Positions 26,542-37,261 of a stretch of 54,441 nt of DNA are shown one piece after another. Source of the stretch: an uncultured virus (IMG/VR IMGVR_UViG_3300027708_000036) (Duplodnaviria; Heunggongvirae; Uroviricota; Caudoviricetes); IMG/VR virus record IMGVR_UViG_3300027708_000036. The stretch is one strand, 5' to 3'. Under the pieces are notes generated by a model. That model had not been told where the DNA came from. It did no database searches and saw only the letters and a list, made by a program, of their open reading frames with translations. The translations under genes were made by a program, and so were the position numbers. Each line of letters starts with the position of its first letter. Position 1 is the first letter of the stretch.

Positions 26542-29500
26542 ATGACCATTAATTTTAATGTATCGCCATATTATGACGACTACTCTGAGGAAGATAAATA
26601 CCTCAGAGTATTGTTTCGTCCAGGATATCCAGTACAAGCGAGAGAATTAACACAACTGCAGACCATTCTGCAGAATCAAACTTCACGCTTTGGTGACCAC
26701 ATCTTTAAACAAGGTGCAATGGTTCTTCCAGGACAAATTTCATATGATGATACTTTTAATTATGTTAAACTTCAACCAACTTATAATGGTGTTTCTGTTG
26801 ACACTTATATTGAAGAGATTGTCGGTTATATTCTAGTTGGTAATACAACTGGTGTTAAAGGTAAGGTTGTTTATGCTGCACCTTCAACAACAACTGACTC
26901 TCCAACAATTTACATTAAATACATTGAGTCTGGTACAAATAATGTAACTAAGACCTTTGCTGCAAATGAAATTTTAACTACTGAAGACGCACCAACTGCT
27001 CGTGCATTTACAAGCGTGTTATCTGATGCTACTGGTGTCGGTTCTGGTGCTTCCATTGAACGTGGTGTTTACTACATCAATGGTTTCTTCATGTTAGTTA
27101 CTCCACAAACTATTTTACTTGACAAATACGATAATGTTCCATCATATCGTGTTGGTCTAGAAATAACTGAAAGTATTGTTACACCTGAAGAAAATTCTGC
27201 GCTACAAGATAATGCACAGGGAACTTCTAACTTTGCAGCTCCAGGTGCGCATCGTTATCAAACAACTTTAACACTTGCAACAAGAACGATTGAGACTACT
27301 GAAGATAAAGACTTCATTGAGTTACTCCGTGTTGTTGATGGTAGTATTCAATATAAAGTTCGTACAACTGACTATTCTATTTTAGAACAAACTCTTGCTC
27401 GTCGTACTTACGATGAGTCTGGTAATTATGTTGTTCGTAACTTCACTATGGATGTTCGTGAACATAGAAATAATAATCGTGGTGCGTGGAAAGAAAATAC
27501 ATCTTATCTAATTGGTGATGTTGCATATTATAAAATTGGTGGAACCACTAACTATTATACTGCAACTACTGATGGTTCTTCTGGTTCTCAACCACCTATT
27601 CATTCTTCTGGTACAGCAACCGATGGTGTCGGTGGTGTTACATGGAGATATACTGCTGTAACAGATTTGCTTTATAATCGTGGTATTTTTGATCCAGCCA
27701 CACAAGATGGCGATGCCACTAAATTGGCACTTGGTATGGAACCAGGAAAAGCATATGTTCAAGGATATGAAATCGAGAAAATCGGTACTCAATATCTAAC
27801 TATTGACAAAGCACGTGACTTTACTCGTGTTGCTGATACTCAAATTCAAACTACTGTTGGTAATTATATTCTTGTTACCAATATTAATAGTGTTCCACGT
27901 TTTGATGTTTTCCAACAAGTTGATCTATACAGTCAAGTAACAGCATCTGCTGGTACTGCTGCAGGTTCTAAAATTGGAACTGCACGTATTCGTGGTATTG
28001 AACTCCATAGTCTTGGAGCGTCACGTGCTGCAGACGTATACAAATTACAACTATCCAGCGTATCATTGAATAGTGGTGTAAATTTCAATCGTCAAGTTAA
28101 ACAGATTTACTACAATGCTGGTTCATCTACCACTAACTTTACTGCTGACATCTCTCCGATTCAAACAGTATTGACTGGTTCTGTGACTGCGTCATCTTCA
28201 ACTACACTTACAGGTGCTGGTACTAGATTCACCACAGAACTACAAGTTGGTGATTACATTTATATCGGTTCTTCTTCTACTGTTCGTCGTGTTACTGCTA
28301 TTTCAACTGATTTATCTTTAACAGTTAATGCCAATGTGACTGCAACTGCTGCTGCAATTTATCGTCTATCAACTGTATTATCTGAACCACAAAATTCTCC
28401 TTTAGTTTACCAACTACCATATTATGCTGTTCGTAAATTAAGAAGCGTGGATGATACTACTATTGGTACTTCTTATACTGTGATGCAGCGTTTTGTTCAA
28501 ACATCTTCTACTTCATCTGGTGGAACTTGTACTCTTACAATTAACGCTGTTGGTTCTGCAGACACATTCGGCTCTGCAGCTGAGAATACTAACTACCTGT
28601 TGGTTAATAATGCCACTGGTGGTGTTGTTATTCCTAACTCAATTAACGTAGTTACTCCTTCACTTCGTCAAGTTATTTTTACCCTTGATGCTTCTGTTGC
28701 TTCAACTCAGTTTATTGTACATGCTGCAGTTCGTAAGACTTCTATTGATGCTAAAGAAAAAGCAAAAACTCTAACTTCTGCTGTAAAAACTATTACAGTA
28801 AAAACAACTGGTACTACACCAATTATTAAATTGGGTAAAGCGGATGGATATCGTGTAACCAGTGTTAAGATGGATACTGGAACATGGGGATCACCAACTG
28901 GTACTTACTCGATTGAAATTGGTAATCAATTTGATTTTGATGACGGACAACGTGACGACTACTATGATGTGGCATCTATTAGTTTGCGTCAAGGATATCC
29001 AGCACCAACTGCACCAATTCAAATCACTTTCCAATATTTTGAACATGGTACTGGTGACTACTTCTCAGTAGATTCATATACTGGTTCTGGTATTCGTTAT
29101 GAAGATATTCCAATTTATTCTGGTACTGCTTTAAGAGATGCACTAGATTTCCGTCCACGTATTGATGATACTGGTGTAGATTTTAGTTCAGCTGGTTCTT
29201 CACCAACACAACTACCAAAACGTGGTGTGAACGTAGAAACAGATATGTCATACTATCTTGCTCGTAAAGATAAAATTGCAATTGACTTCAATGGTAATTT
29301 CTTCCAAGTTAAAGGTGTGCCAGCTGTTAATCCAGCAGAACCAGAAGATCCAGTTAATGGAATGGTTCTATACAAACTTTCTCTTGAGCCATACACATTT
29401 GGCACATCAACTAATAACGTAAGTGTAAGATCTATTGATAACAAACGCTACACAATGCGTGATATTGGTTCTCTTGAAAAGCGTATTGATACACTTGAAT

Positions 29501-32500
29501 ATTACACTTCTTTATCTTTACTAGAACAAGAAACTGTAAGTTTAACTATTCCAGACGACCAAGGATTAGATCGTTTCAAGAATGGTTTTATTGTTGACTC
29601 GTTCTCTGGATCTGGTGTTGGTGATGCTTCCAATACAGATTACAGCTGTGCTATTGACATGGAGAATAAAGAACTCCGTCCATTCTATCGTATGGACAAT
29701 GTCAATTTAATCGAAAAGAATTCTACATCTGCTCAGCGTACTGCAAGTAACTACGCTTTGACTGGTGATGTTATCACATTGCCATACACCAATATTTCTT
29801 TTATTAAACAGAATGTTGCATCCCGTGTTGAGAACATTAATCCATTTGCGATCTTTACATTTATCGGTAACATTAATCTAAACCCATCTTCTGATGAGTG
29901 GTTTGAAGTTGAACGTCGTCCAGATATCGTGAATAACGTAGAAGGTAACTTCAATGCTGTTTACAGTGCACTAGAAAAGTCTGGTGTTCTTGGTACAGTT
30001 TGGAATGCATGGCAAACTCAATGGACTGGTGCTGCAAGAATTTCAACACGTACATATGTCGGTGACAAACGTGGCGCAGGTGTTGCTGGTGCTGAGTTTG
30101 GTGGCGACCAGATGAATGCCTTGTTTGGTAATGTTGAATCAGGATCTGGTTGGGCACATCGTGTTGTTACAACTCAAACTACTGCACGTGAAGTTGGTCT
30201 TGCAAGAACTGGTCTTAAAACTAGCGTTGTTGCTCAAATTGATAGACAACTGGTTGAAGATAAAGTTCTTTCAACTGCAGTTATCCCATTTATTCGTTCA
30301 CGTGGTGTATTGATTCAAGCCAAAGGTTTTAAACCAAAGACTAAACTATATTCTTTCTTTGACAGCATTGGTGTTAATTCTTATATCCAACCAGCCACTA
30401 GAATTCCATTCGATGCGATTTCTGGTTTTGGTTCTGAATTTGATAGATACTCAAACGTGGGTTCTAACTCAACTGAAACTGCTCGTCGTATTTCTGGTGA
30501 TCCGACTAAAGATACACAACCAGCATTAAATCGTGGTGATGTTATTACTGGTTTAACTTCTGGTGCTACTGCAGTTTGTGTTGGATACGAAATTACTTCT
30601 ACTGGAACTAAAGCGATTTATGTTCTAAACATCAAGGGAACATTCCAGTCTGGTGAAATTATGACTGGTTCTATCTCTGGTGCTCGTGGAACAATCAATT
30701 CTTCTGTAACTGTTAAAGTACAAGGTGATGATGTAATCTCTAACTTTAATGGTGACGTATATGGATTATTCACTATTCCAAATACAGATGCATTAAGATT
30801 CCGTACAGGTATCAAAGAACTCCGTATCACTGATAGTTCTGCAAATGCTGGTGATTACACTTCAGCTGGTAGCGTTCAGTATCGTGCACAGGGTATTCTT
30901 GAAACGAAACAGGCGACATTTAATGCTGTTCGTAATGCAACGATTGCACAAGAAGTTGTTAATGCAACTACCACTATCACAGAAACATCAGAGCGTGTTG
31001 TTGGTGATACTGGTTGGTATGACCCATTGGCACAAACATTCTTGGTACAACAAAAGGGTGGAGCATTCTTAACAGGTATTGATATTTTCTTTGCTACTAA
31101 AGATGATAATATTCCTGTGAATATTGAGATCCGTGAAGTTGTCAACGGCTATCCAGGTAAAAAAGTTCTTCCATTCTCTAAGATGGCTTTGAACCCAGAT
31201 AAAGTTTATCTGTCAGACAATAGCGTTACTGTTGAGGGTGCAACTTATCGTGCTCCAGATACACCTACTCGTTTCACATTCCCATCTCCAGTTTTTGTCA
31301 ATGATGCGACTGAATATTGTATCGTATTGTCTTCTGATTCTAACAACTATCGTTGCTGGATTTCTCAGTTGGGCGATAAACAAGCAGGCACAGATCGCTT
31401 TATTTCTGAGCAACCATACGCTGGTGTATTCTTCAAGTCACAAAACGCTTCTACTTGGACTGCGGATCAAACACAAGACTTGATGTTTACGATTTACCGT
31501 GCACAGTTCTCAACTAATGTTATCGGTCAAGTAGATTTCGTTAATGATAGTTTGCCAAATAATGTACTGCAGAACGATCCATTCCAAGTAACTTCTGGTT
31601 CAAACAAAGTTCGTGTTTATCATCCTGACCATGATATGTTCCCTGGATCTAAGGTTCGTATTCAAAATGTTGCAACTGGAACATACAATAATATTCCAAG
31701 CAGCCAGTTAAACGGCACACAAACCATTTCTGATATTGATTTAGATTCTTACACATTCACTGTTACCAATAATGCGAATGCTACTGGTTTCGTTGGTGGT
31801 GTTGGAGTTGAAGCGACTGATAACGTGCAGTTTGATGTTGTTCAACCAATCGTTCAAGTTCAATCATTCTCACAGACTAATGTTGATTATAGCATTAAGT
31901 CTACAACTGGTCGTTCTGTTGATGGTATTGAAGTACCATATATCAAACAGACTTCTGGGGATGCAGTAATGATTAATCAATCAAATGTATATGATTCTCC
32001 AAGAGTTATTGGTTCTGACGTAAATGAATCAAATTTCTTAAGTGGTGATAAATCTTTAACATTCTCTGCACAGATCTCCACTACAAATGATTCAGTATCT
32101 CCTGTGATTGATACTCACAGAACTTCATTGATCTGTATCCATAACAAAATTAATAATGCGACTCAGACAAATACTAATATTTCTCCAATAGATAATAGAA
32201 CAGCGACTTCTGCAAAGACTACCATTGCCTTTACGACAACTGGTATCTCCACAGCAGATGCCACTACTAAGTTAGACTTACTAACTATCGGTGTTGGTCG
32301 TTACGTGACTATCTCTGGTGCTGCAGATGCTGGTAATAATGGAACATTCCTTGTAACTGGAACATCTGTTGATGGAGCCACTGTCACATTGAATAGTACA
32401 TTTACTGCTCGTGCAGCTGGTTCTGGAACAGCAGGTACAATTACAGTGGTTTCACTGGATAAATTCTTTGATGAAATCGCACCTGTAAATGGTTCACAAC

Positions 32501-32838
32501 ATAGCAAATATGTAACACGTAGAATTAACCTTGCAAACCCATCTTCTTATCTAAAGATTCGTTTTGCGATTAATCTTCCTACAAATGCTTCTGTGGATGT
32601 TTACTACAAGTTAAACAATGTTGGTTCTAATATTGACTTCAATACAGTACCATATACATTGATTAGCCCAGATGCCGTGATTCCTAAGACTACCTTCCCA
32701 GAGTCATTCTATGATGTTCAGTATTCTGCGAAAAATCTGACTCAGTTTGATGCAATTACGGTGAAGATCGTATTCAGATCCACAGTTTCTGCTGAAGTGC
32801 CGAGACTTAAAGATCTCCGTGTAATCGCCTGTGCATAA
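26542..32838 (+). CDS. Large virion structural protein (VrlC/DUF4815-like)
   Basis: NVSPYYDD..VLFRPG.PVQARELTQLQ, APGAHR, LARRTYDESGNY, RFKNGF.VD, DPLAQTF, FKSQN..TW. Confidence 0.85.
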   Translation: MTINFNVSPYYDDYSEEDKYLRVLFRPGYPVQARELTQLQTILQNQTSRFGDHIFKQGAMVLPGQISYDDTFNYVKLQPTYNGVSVDTYIEEIVGYILVGNTTGVKGKVVYAAPSTTTDSPTIYIKYIESGTNNVTKTFAANEILTTEDAPTARAFTSVLSDATGVGSGASIERGVYYINGFFMLVTPQTILLDKYDNVPSYRVGLEITESIVTPEENSALQDNAQGTSNFAAPGAHRYQTTLTLATRTIETTEDKDFIELLRVVDGSIQYKVRTTDYSILEQTLARRTYDESGNYVVRNFTMDVREHRNNNRGAWKENTSYLIGDVAYYKIGGTTNYYTATTDGSSGSQPPIHSSGTATDGVGGVTWRYTAVTDLLYNRGIFDPATQDGDATKLALGMEPGKAYVQGYEIEKIGTQYLTIDKARDFTRVADTQIQTTVGNYILVTNINSVPRFDVFQQVDLYSQVTASAGTAAGSKIGTARIRGIELHSLGASRAADVYKLQLSSVSLNSGVNFNRQVKQIYYNAGSSTTNFTADISPIQTVLTGSVTASSSTTLTGAGTRFTTELQVGDYIYIGSSSTVRRVTAISTDLSLTVNANVTATAAAIYRLSTVLSEPQNSPLVYQLPYYAVRKLRSVDDTTIGTSYTVMQRFVQTSSTSSGGTCTLTINAVGSADTFGSAAENTNYLLVNNATGGVVIPNSINVVTPSLRQVIFTLDASVASTQFIVHAAVRKTSIDAKEKAKTLTSAVKTITVKTTGTTPIIKLGKADGYRVTSVKMDTGTWGSPTGTYSIEIGNQFDFDDGQRDDYYDVASISLRQGYPAPTAPIQITFQYFEHGTGDYFSVDSYTGSGIRYEDIPIYSGTALRDALDFRPRIDDTGVDFSSAGSSPTQLPKRGVNVETDMSYYLARKDKIAIDFNGNFFQVKGVPAVNPAEPEDPVNGMVLYKLSLEPYTFGTSTNNVSVRSIDNKRYTMRDIGSLEKRIDTLEYYTSLSLLEQETVSLTIPDDQGLDRFKNGFIVDSFSGSGVGDASNTDYSCAIDMENKELRPFYRMDNVNLIEKNSTSAQRTASNYALTGDVITLPYTNISFIKQNVASRVENINPFAIFTFIGNINLNPSSDEWFEVERRPDIVNNVEGNFNAVYSALEKSGVLGTVWNAWQTQWTGAARISTRTYVGDKRGAGVAGAEFGGDQMNALFGNVESGSGWAHRVVTTQTTAREVGLARTGLKTSVVAQIDRQLVEDKVLSTAVIPFIRSRGVLIQAKGFKPKTKLYSFFDSIGVNSYIQPATRIPFDAISGFGSEFDRYSNVGSNSTETARRISGDPTKDTQPALNRGDVITGLTSGATAVCVGYEITSTGTKAIYVLNIKGTFQSGEIMTGSISGARGTINSSVTVKVQGDDVISNFNGDVYGLFTIPNTDALRFRTGIKELRITDSSANAGDYTSAGSVQYRAQGILETKQATFNAVRNATIAQEVVNATTTITETSERVVGDTGWYDPLAQTFLVQQKGGAFLTGIDIFFATKDDNIPVNIEIREVVNGYPGKKVLPFSKMALNPDKVYLSDNSVTVEGATYRAPDTPTRFTFPSPVFVNDATEYCIVLSSDSNNYRCWISQLGDKQAGTDRFISEQPYAGVFFKSQNASTWTADQTQDLMFTIYRAQFSTNVIGQVDFVNDSLPNNVLQNDPFQVTSGSNKVRVYHPDHDMFPGSKVRIQNVATGTYNNIPSSQLNGTQTISDIDLDSYTFTVTNNANATGFVGGVGVEATDNVQFDVVQPIVQVQSFSQTNVDYSIKSTTGRSVDGIEVPYIKQTSGDAVMINQSNVYDSPRVIGSDVNESNFLSGDKSLTFSAQISTTNDSVSPVIDTHRTSLICIHNKINNATQTNTNISPIDNRTATSAKTTIAFTTTGISTADATTKLDLLTIGVGRYVTISGAADAGNNGTFLVTGTSVDGATVTLNSTFTARAAGSGTAGTITVVSLDKFFDEIAPVNGSQHSKYVTRRINLANPSSYLKIRFAINLPTNASVDVYYKLNNVGSNIDFNTVPYTLISPDAVIPKTTFPESFYDVQYSAKNLTQFDAITVKIVFRSTVSAEVPRLKDLRVIACA

Positions 32839-32839
32839 C

Positions 32840-33064
32840 ATGGAATTTTTAAAGGTAAAGGGGATGGATGGTTTATTTCGAGATACATCAAACCAAGCTA
32901 TCCTAAATAATAATAGTAAAGAATATGGGGCTTATGTTGCTCGAAGAGATGCAGCTAGGGTTCAAAAACAAGAACTAGAGAGACAAGGTAAAGAATTACA
33001 GGATGTTAAGTCTGAGATTTCTGAGATTAAACACATGCTTCAAATTCTTATAAATAAACAATAA
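32840..33064 (+). CDS. Small coiled-coil hypothetical protein
   Basis: LFRD..NQAILN..EISEIKHMLQ; typical follower of VrlC-like genes. Confidence 0.7.
   Translation: MEFLKVKGMDGLFRDTSNQAILNNNSKEYGAYVARRDAARVQKQELERQGKELQDVKSEISEIKHMLQILINKQ
33049..33056 (+). promoter_or_regulatory. T4-type late promoter
   Basis: TATAAATA just before the ATG at 33064. Confidence 0.65.
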
Positions 33065-33273
33065 TGGCACTCCAAACTCCAGTTACTACCGTACCGCAAA
33101 CTGACTCCTTTGACCAGTGGCGAGTTAAGACCAATTCGGTTATTACACAATCTAACCAGAATGTGGTGAATGTTGGCGATCTAGCCACGTTGGCTGGTGG
33201 AGAAACAACTATTGTGGACGCTGTAAATGGCGGACGAAACTTTTCAATTGCAATTTCAATCGCATTAGGATAA
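33064..33273 (+). CDS. Small structural protein (neck/fibritin-like N-terminal SFDQWRVKTN; ends SIAISIALG)
   Basis: ORF track and motif. Confidence 0.65.
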   Translation: MALQTPVTTVPQTDSFDQWRVKTNSVITQSNQNVVNVGDLATLAGGETTIVDAVNGGRNFSIAISIALG

Positions 33274-33278
33274 AAAAC

Positions 33279-33602
33279 ATGGCGAACACTTTTAAGAATG
33301 CACTAGCACGAAACGTCGGAACTTCCGCTGTTACTGTGTATACTGCACCATCTAGTAAAAACTCAATCTGCATCGAACTAGACGTTTGTAATACCACAAA
33401 CGCTGGTGTTACTGTTGATGCTTATATTACTTCTAGTTCAGCAAACTACTACATCGTTAAGGGTGCTCCAGTTCCTGTTGGTGGTTCACTACAGATTATT
33501 GCTGGACAGAAAATCGTTCTGTCAAATACAGATGCTCTTAAAGTTGTTTCATCAACGGCTTCGTCATTAGACATTATAGCCAGCATTTTGGAAGATGTCT
33601 GA
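33279..33602 (+). CDS. Small beta-sandwich virion protein (paralogue of 39416)
   Basis: MANTFK..YTAP..VPVGGSL; aligns by eye with 39416. Confidence 0.7.
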   Translation: MANTFKNALARNVGTSAVTVYTAPSSKNSICIELDVCNTTNAGVTVDAYITSSSANYYIVKGAPVPVGGSLQIIAGQKIVLSNTDALKVVSSTASSLDIIASILEDV

Positions 33603-33604
33603 TC

Positions 33605-34807
33605 ATGCCGATTCAAAAAGGACCAGCTAATCTAGGTACAGGAAGTGTTGATAGCACTGAGTTATCCAACACACTAGATCTTTCTGCCAAAACAGTAACA
33701 TACAGAACAATCGTTGCTGGTGATATTGCTTCTAATGCAATCACTCCAGCCAAGATGGCTAATAGTGGTGCCGAGTTTGGTATGCGTAACCGCATCATCA
33801 ATGGTGCGATGGTGATTGACCAGCGTAATGCGGGGGCTAGTGTAACTCCAGTTAACGCACAAACCACATTAGATAGATGGCAAGGGGGATTAAGTCAAAC
33901 AGGAAAATACACCATTCAACAATCTACAACCGCACCTACAGGTTTTAGAAATTCATTATTAATAACTTCAACTTCTGCGTATAGTTTGTTGGCGGGAGAT
34001 AATTTTCAATTAAGTCAACCGATTGAAGGATACAATATCGCAGATTTCAACTGGGGTACTGCTTCTGCTTCTTCAGTTACTTTATCATTTTGGGTTCGTT
34101 GCAGTTTGACTGGCACATTTGGGGGTGCTATATACAATGGTTCGGCAAATAGATTTTATCCATTTAGTTATACCATTTCATCTGCTAACACATTTGAATA
34201 CAAAACAATAACTATTACTGGAGATACTTCTGGAACATGGTCAACTGATAATTCTACTGGCATAAGAGTTATGTTTTGCTCTGCTGGTGCTGGTTCAACT
34301 TATTTAGGAACTGCTGGCGCATGGACAAGTAGTGTTATTTTGGGGGTTACTGGGCAAACAAACCTTGTGGCAACTAATGGCGCTACTTGGTATGTAACAG
34401 GCGTACAACTAGAAAAAGGCAGTACCGCAACATCGTTTGATTACAGACCTTTTGGGACTGAGTTGGATTTGTGTCAAAGATATTTTACAAAAAGTCAAAG
34501 TTGGGCAGCTGCCGTTACTGCTGGTGAAGGACAAGGTTTAATTGCGTGGAACGCAGTTACTACATCTGTAATAGCGGGGTGGGCTTCACATAAAGTATCA
34601 ATGAGAACACAACCAACTATTACCATCTATAGACAAGACGGCACAATTAATGCAACTAATAGATTTACTGATGGCGTTAATACTACTGGAACAGCTACTT
34701 GTCCAGAACCAGGAATAGAAGGATTTAGATATGTGTCAAATGCATCTAGTGGATTTACTGCTGGAACATATTATCAATTTTACTATACAGCATCTGCGGA
34801 GTTATAA
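33605..34807 (+). CDS. Putative fibre/adhesin, NRIINGAM family copy 1
   Basis: NRIINGAMVIDQRNAG...TGVQLEKG..CQRY...SAEL. Confidence 0.75.
   Translation: MPIQKGPANLGTGSVDSTELSNTLDLSAKTVTYRTIVAGDIASNAITPAKMANSGAEFGMRNRIINGAMVIDQRNAGASVTPVNAQTTLDRWQGGLSQTGKYTIQQSTTAPTGFRNSLLITSTSAYSLLAGDNFQLSQPIEGYNIADFNWGTASASSVTLSFWVRCSLTGTFGGAIYNGSANRFYPFSYTISSANTFEYKTITITGDTSGTWSTDNSTGIRVMFCSAGAGSTYLGTAGAWTSSVILGVTGQTNLVATNGATWYVTGVQLEKGSTATSFDYRPFGTELDLCQRYFTKSQSWAAAVTAGEGQGLIAWNAVTTSVIAGWASHKVSMRTQPTITIYRQDGTINATNRFTDGVNTTGTATCPEPGIEGFRYVSNASSGFTAGTYYQFYYTASAEL
33788..33851 (+). repeat. Conserved 5' DNA block of the NRIINGAM adhesins (also at 39815-39878 and from 47165)
   Basis: AACCGCATCATYAATGGTGCGATGGTRATTGACCAGCGTAATGCGGGGGCTAGTGTWACT. 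Confidence 0.9.
34406..34465 (+). repeat. Conserved internal DNA block (also at 40442-40501, partly at ~47803-47850)
   Basis: CAACTAGAAAAAGGCAGTACCGCAACATCGTTTGATTACAGACCTTWTGGGACTGAGTTG; 59/60 identical between copies 1 and 2. Confidence 0.9.
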
Positions 34808-34963
34808 ATGTATAAATTATTAAAATCAATAAGAGGTGATGTAACGGCAGTTTTTCGTTTATCTGATGGTGCATCTATTCCTTTTAATCCAGACAACACA
34901 GACTACCAAGAATACTTAAAGTGGCTTGCTGAAGGTAATACTCCAGAACCTGCTGACGAATAA
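34808..34963 (+). CDS. Small partner protein (putative fibre chaperone) copy 1
   Basis: Hand-translated: MYKLL...[28 protein letters not shown]; below the ORF-track cutoff. Confidence 0.8.
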   Translation: MYKLLKSIRGDVTAVFRLSDGASIPFNPDNTDYQEYLKWLAEGNTPEPADE

Positions 34964-34989
34964 ATAAAGAATAACAGAAGAGTAAATCA

Positions 34990-36912
34990 ATGGCATATAT
35001 CGGATCACCACCAGCATATCAAGCATCTGGAGTTCGCCCACGTGATGAGTTCACGGCAGACGGCACACAGATTTGCTACCCATTATCACAATCTGTTCCA
35101 GGTTCTTTTGAATCAGGTGTAACGATTGTTCTTGATAACGTGCCACAACAACCAGTTGAAGCATTTACTGTTGTTGATACTACAACACTAACTTTTACTG
35201 CTGTTACTGGCACATTTACAAAGAACGAAACAGTTACTGGTGGAACCAGTTCTGCAACTGGTACTGTCTTAAAAGTCAATCTTGGAAGCATCGTTGTTCG
35301 TGGACTTACTGGTACATTTGCTAGTGGTGAGACGATTACTGGTGGTTCTTCTTCTGCAAGTGGAACTTCTGCTGTTGTTAGCACAAATACAGGTTCTGGC
35401 ATTTTATTCTCAGAAATCCCAGCATCTGGTGCATTCCTTTATGTTGTGCATGAAGGTAATGCAACTTATAATCTAGTTCCAGCTGCAGCATCAGTTTCAG
35501 CTACTCAGTTGGCAGACAATCTAAGAAACTTTACTGTTGATACATTTACTGGTGATGGTTCTACAACTGCATTTAATCTTTCAGCAATTCCTGCATCTGG
35601 AAATGCGATTCTAGTTTCTGTTGATGGTATTTTCCAAACAGTTACTACAAACTATACACTGTCTTCAAATACAGTAACATTTACTGCTGCTCCAGATTCT
35701 GGCTCAGCAATTACAATTATTCATCTTGGATTTAGCACTGCATCTAGAACTGGTCTAGTTGATGGTTCAGTTACTCCAGCCAAGTTAAGTTCTGGTGCTC
35801 CACTATGGAATACTTCGAGCAATCTAGGTGTTGGTGTTACTCCAGTGACATTTAAAGGTACACTACAAGTTGGTACTATTGGTTATACTGATACTGGTAT
35901 CCTTGCTGGATTTGCTTCAAGTGTTGCTGGATATAATCAGATTATTTTACAGAATACTAACTCTGGTTCTACATCATCCACAAACTTCAATGTGTCAAAT
36001 AACAATGGCACAACAACTACTAACTATGGTGAGTTTGGTATTAACTCATCTGGATTTACTGGCACTGGCTCATTTAGTCAGGCTGGATATACTTACTTGG
36101 CATCAGCATCAACTGATCTAGCCATCGGTACTTACGGTTCAAATGCTATTCACTTTGTTGTAAATAGTGGTGCAACTGATGCAGCAATTATTGATACTGC
36201 TGGTCAAATTGGTATTGGTGCAACTCCAGCTACATGGGGTACGAGTAAAGCACTTCAAATTGGTTTAGCTGGTGCTTTTAGTGGTCAAACAGGTGCTAAA
36301 ACTGCAGAAGTTACATCCAACGCTTACTTAAATAGTGGTTGGAAATATCTTACTAGTGGCGATAAGGCAACTTTATATTATCAATATGCTGGTGCTCATA
36401 CTTTCAATGCTTCAGCAGCAACAGGTTCTGCTGGTAATGGTATTACATGGGATGCTGGTACAACAATAAATCCTTATGGTGTCGGTGTTGGTGGTGCAAC
36501 ACCATCTAGTGGTATCGGTATCGCATTCCCTGCAACTCAAGTCGCTTCTACTGATCCAAACACGCTAGATGATTATGAAGAAGGTACTTTTACAATGACA
36601 TATAATGCAGGAACAATTTCTAGTCAAAGTGGTCAATACACAAAAGTTGGTAGATTAGTAACTGCTACTTTTCAAATTAATTGGACTGCCTCTGGAACAT
36701 CTTTAGGGCAAATTGGTGGACTTCCATTTAATGTATCTACAATTAACTACGGTGGAACTCATTCAAGAGAATGGTATAATACTGGAAATTCCGTACAATG
36801 TGTAATGAGTACTGGTGCAGCAACTATGGATTTATTCTTTTACAATGGTGGTAGAGGAGTATCAAATGGATCTATATACGGTGTATCAGGAACAGTTGTT
36901 TATAATACGTAA
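34990..36912 (+). CDS. Putative tail fibre (FTGDG modules; TLDDYEEG C-terminal domain)
   Basis: Gly/Ser/Thr-rich; DDYEEGTF..YTKVGRLVT..GLPF. Confidence 0.72.
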   Translation: MAYIGSPPAYQASGVRPRDEFTADGTQICYPLSQSVPGSFESGVTIVLDNVPQQPVEAFTVVDTTTLTFTAVTGTFTKNETVTGGTSSATGTVLKVNLGSIVVRGLTGTFASGETITGGSSSASGTSAVVSTNTGSGILFSEIPASGAFLYVVHEGNATYNLVPAAASVSATQLADNLRNFTVDTFTGDGSTTAFNLSAIPASGNAILVSVDGIFQTVTTNYTLSSNTVTFTAAPDSGSAITIIHLGFSTASRTGLVDGSVTPAKLSSGAPLWNTSSNLGVGVTPVTFKGTLQVGTIGYTDTGILAGFASSVAGYNQIILQNTNSGSTSSTNFNVSNNNGTTTTNYGEFGINSSGFTGTGSFSQAGYTYLASASTDLAIGTYGSNAIHFVVNSGATDAAIIDTAGQIGIGATPATWGTSKALQIGLAGAFSGQTGAKTAEVTSNAYLNSGWKYLTSGDKATLYYQYAGAHTFNASAATGSAGNGITWDAGTTINPYGVGVGGATPSSGIGIAFPATQVASTDPNTLDDYEEGTFTMTYNAGTISSQSGQYTKVGRLVTATFQINWTASGTSLGQIGGLPFNVSTINYGGTHSREWYNTGNSVQCVMSTGAATMDLFFYNGGRGVSNGSIYGVSGTVVYNT

Positions 36913-36971
36913 TTTAAATTAACTAACCCATATTAGGTTAGTCGGACTTTTTAACAACAGGAGAAATCAAA

Positions 36972-37229
36972 ATGGCTTTAACAAAAGAACAAGTAATCGA
37001 CAAAGTAGAAGTAGTGGAAAACGGTACTCTACAAGTTCGTGAAGTAACAAGAATTATGGAAGATGGTAAGCAATTATCTTCTTCTTATCATCGTTGGAGT
37101 TTTGCACCGAACAGTGATGTTTCTGCAATGCCTGCGAATGTACAAGCAATTGCTGCAGCTGCATGGACTGCTGAAGTTATCGCTGCATACGAAGCACAAG
37201 TAGCTGCAAATGCTACACCAAGCGTATAA
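36972..37229 (+). CDS. Small hypothetical protein (putative partner of the upstream fibre)
   Basis: AGGAG RBS; DKVEVVENG..QVR..SYHR..VQAIAAAAWT. Confidence 0.7.
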   Translation: MALTKEQVIDKVEVVENGTLQVREVTRIMEDGKQLSSSYHRWSFAPNSDVSAMPANVQAIAAAAWTAEVIAAYEAQVAANATPSV

Positions 37230-37232
37230 ATA
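37225..37232 (+). promoter_or_regulatory. T4-type late promoter
   Basis: TATAAATA upstream of 37262. Confidence 0.65.
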
Positions 37233-37261
37233 GTTAGAACTAGAAACCACAGAGACCAAAG

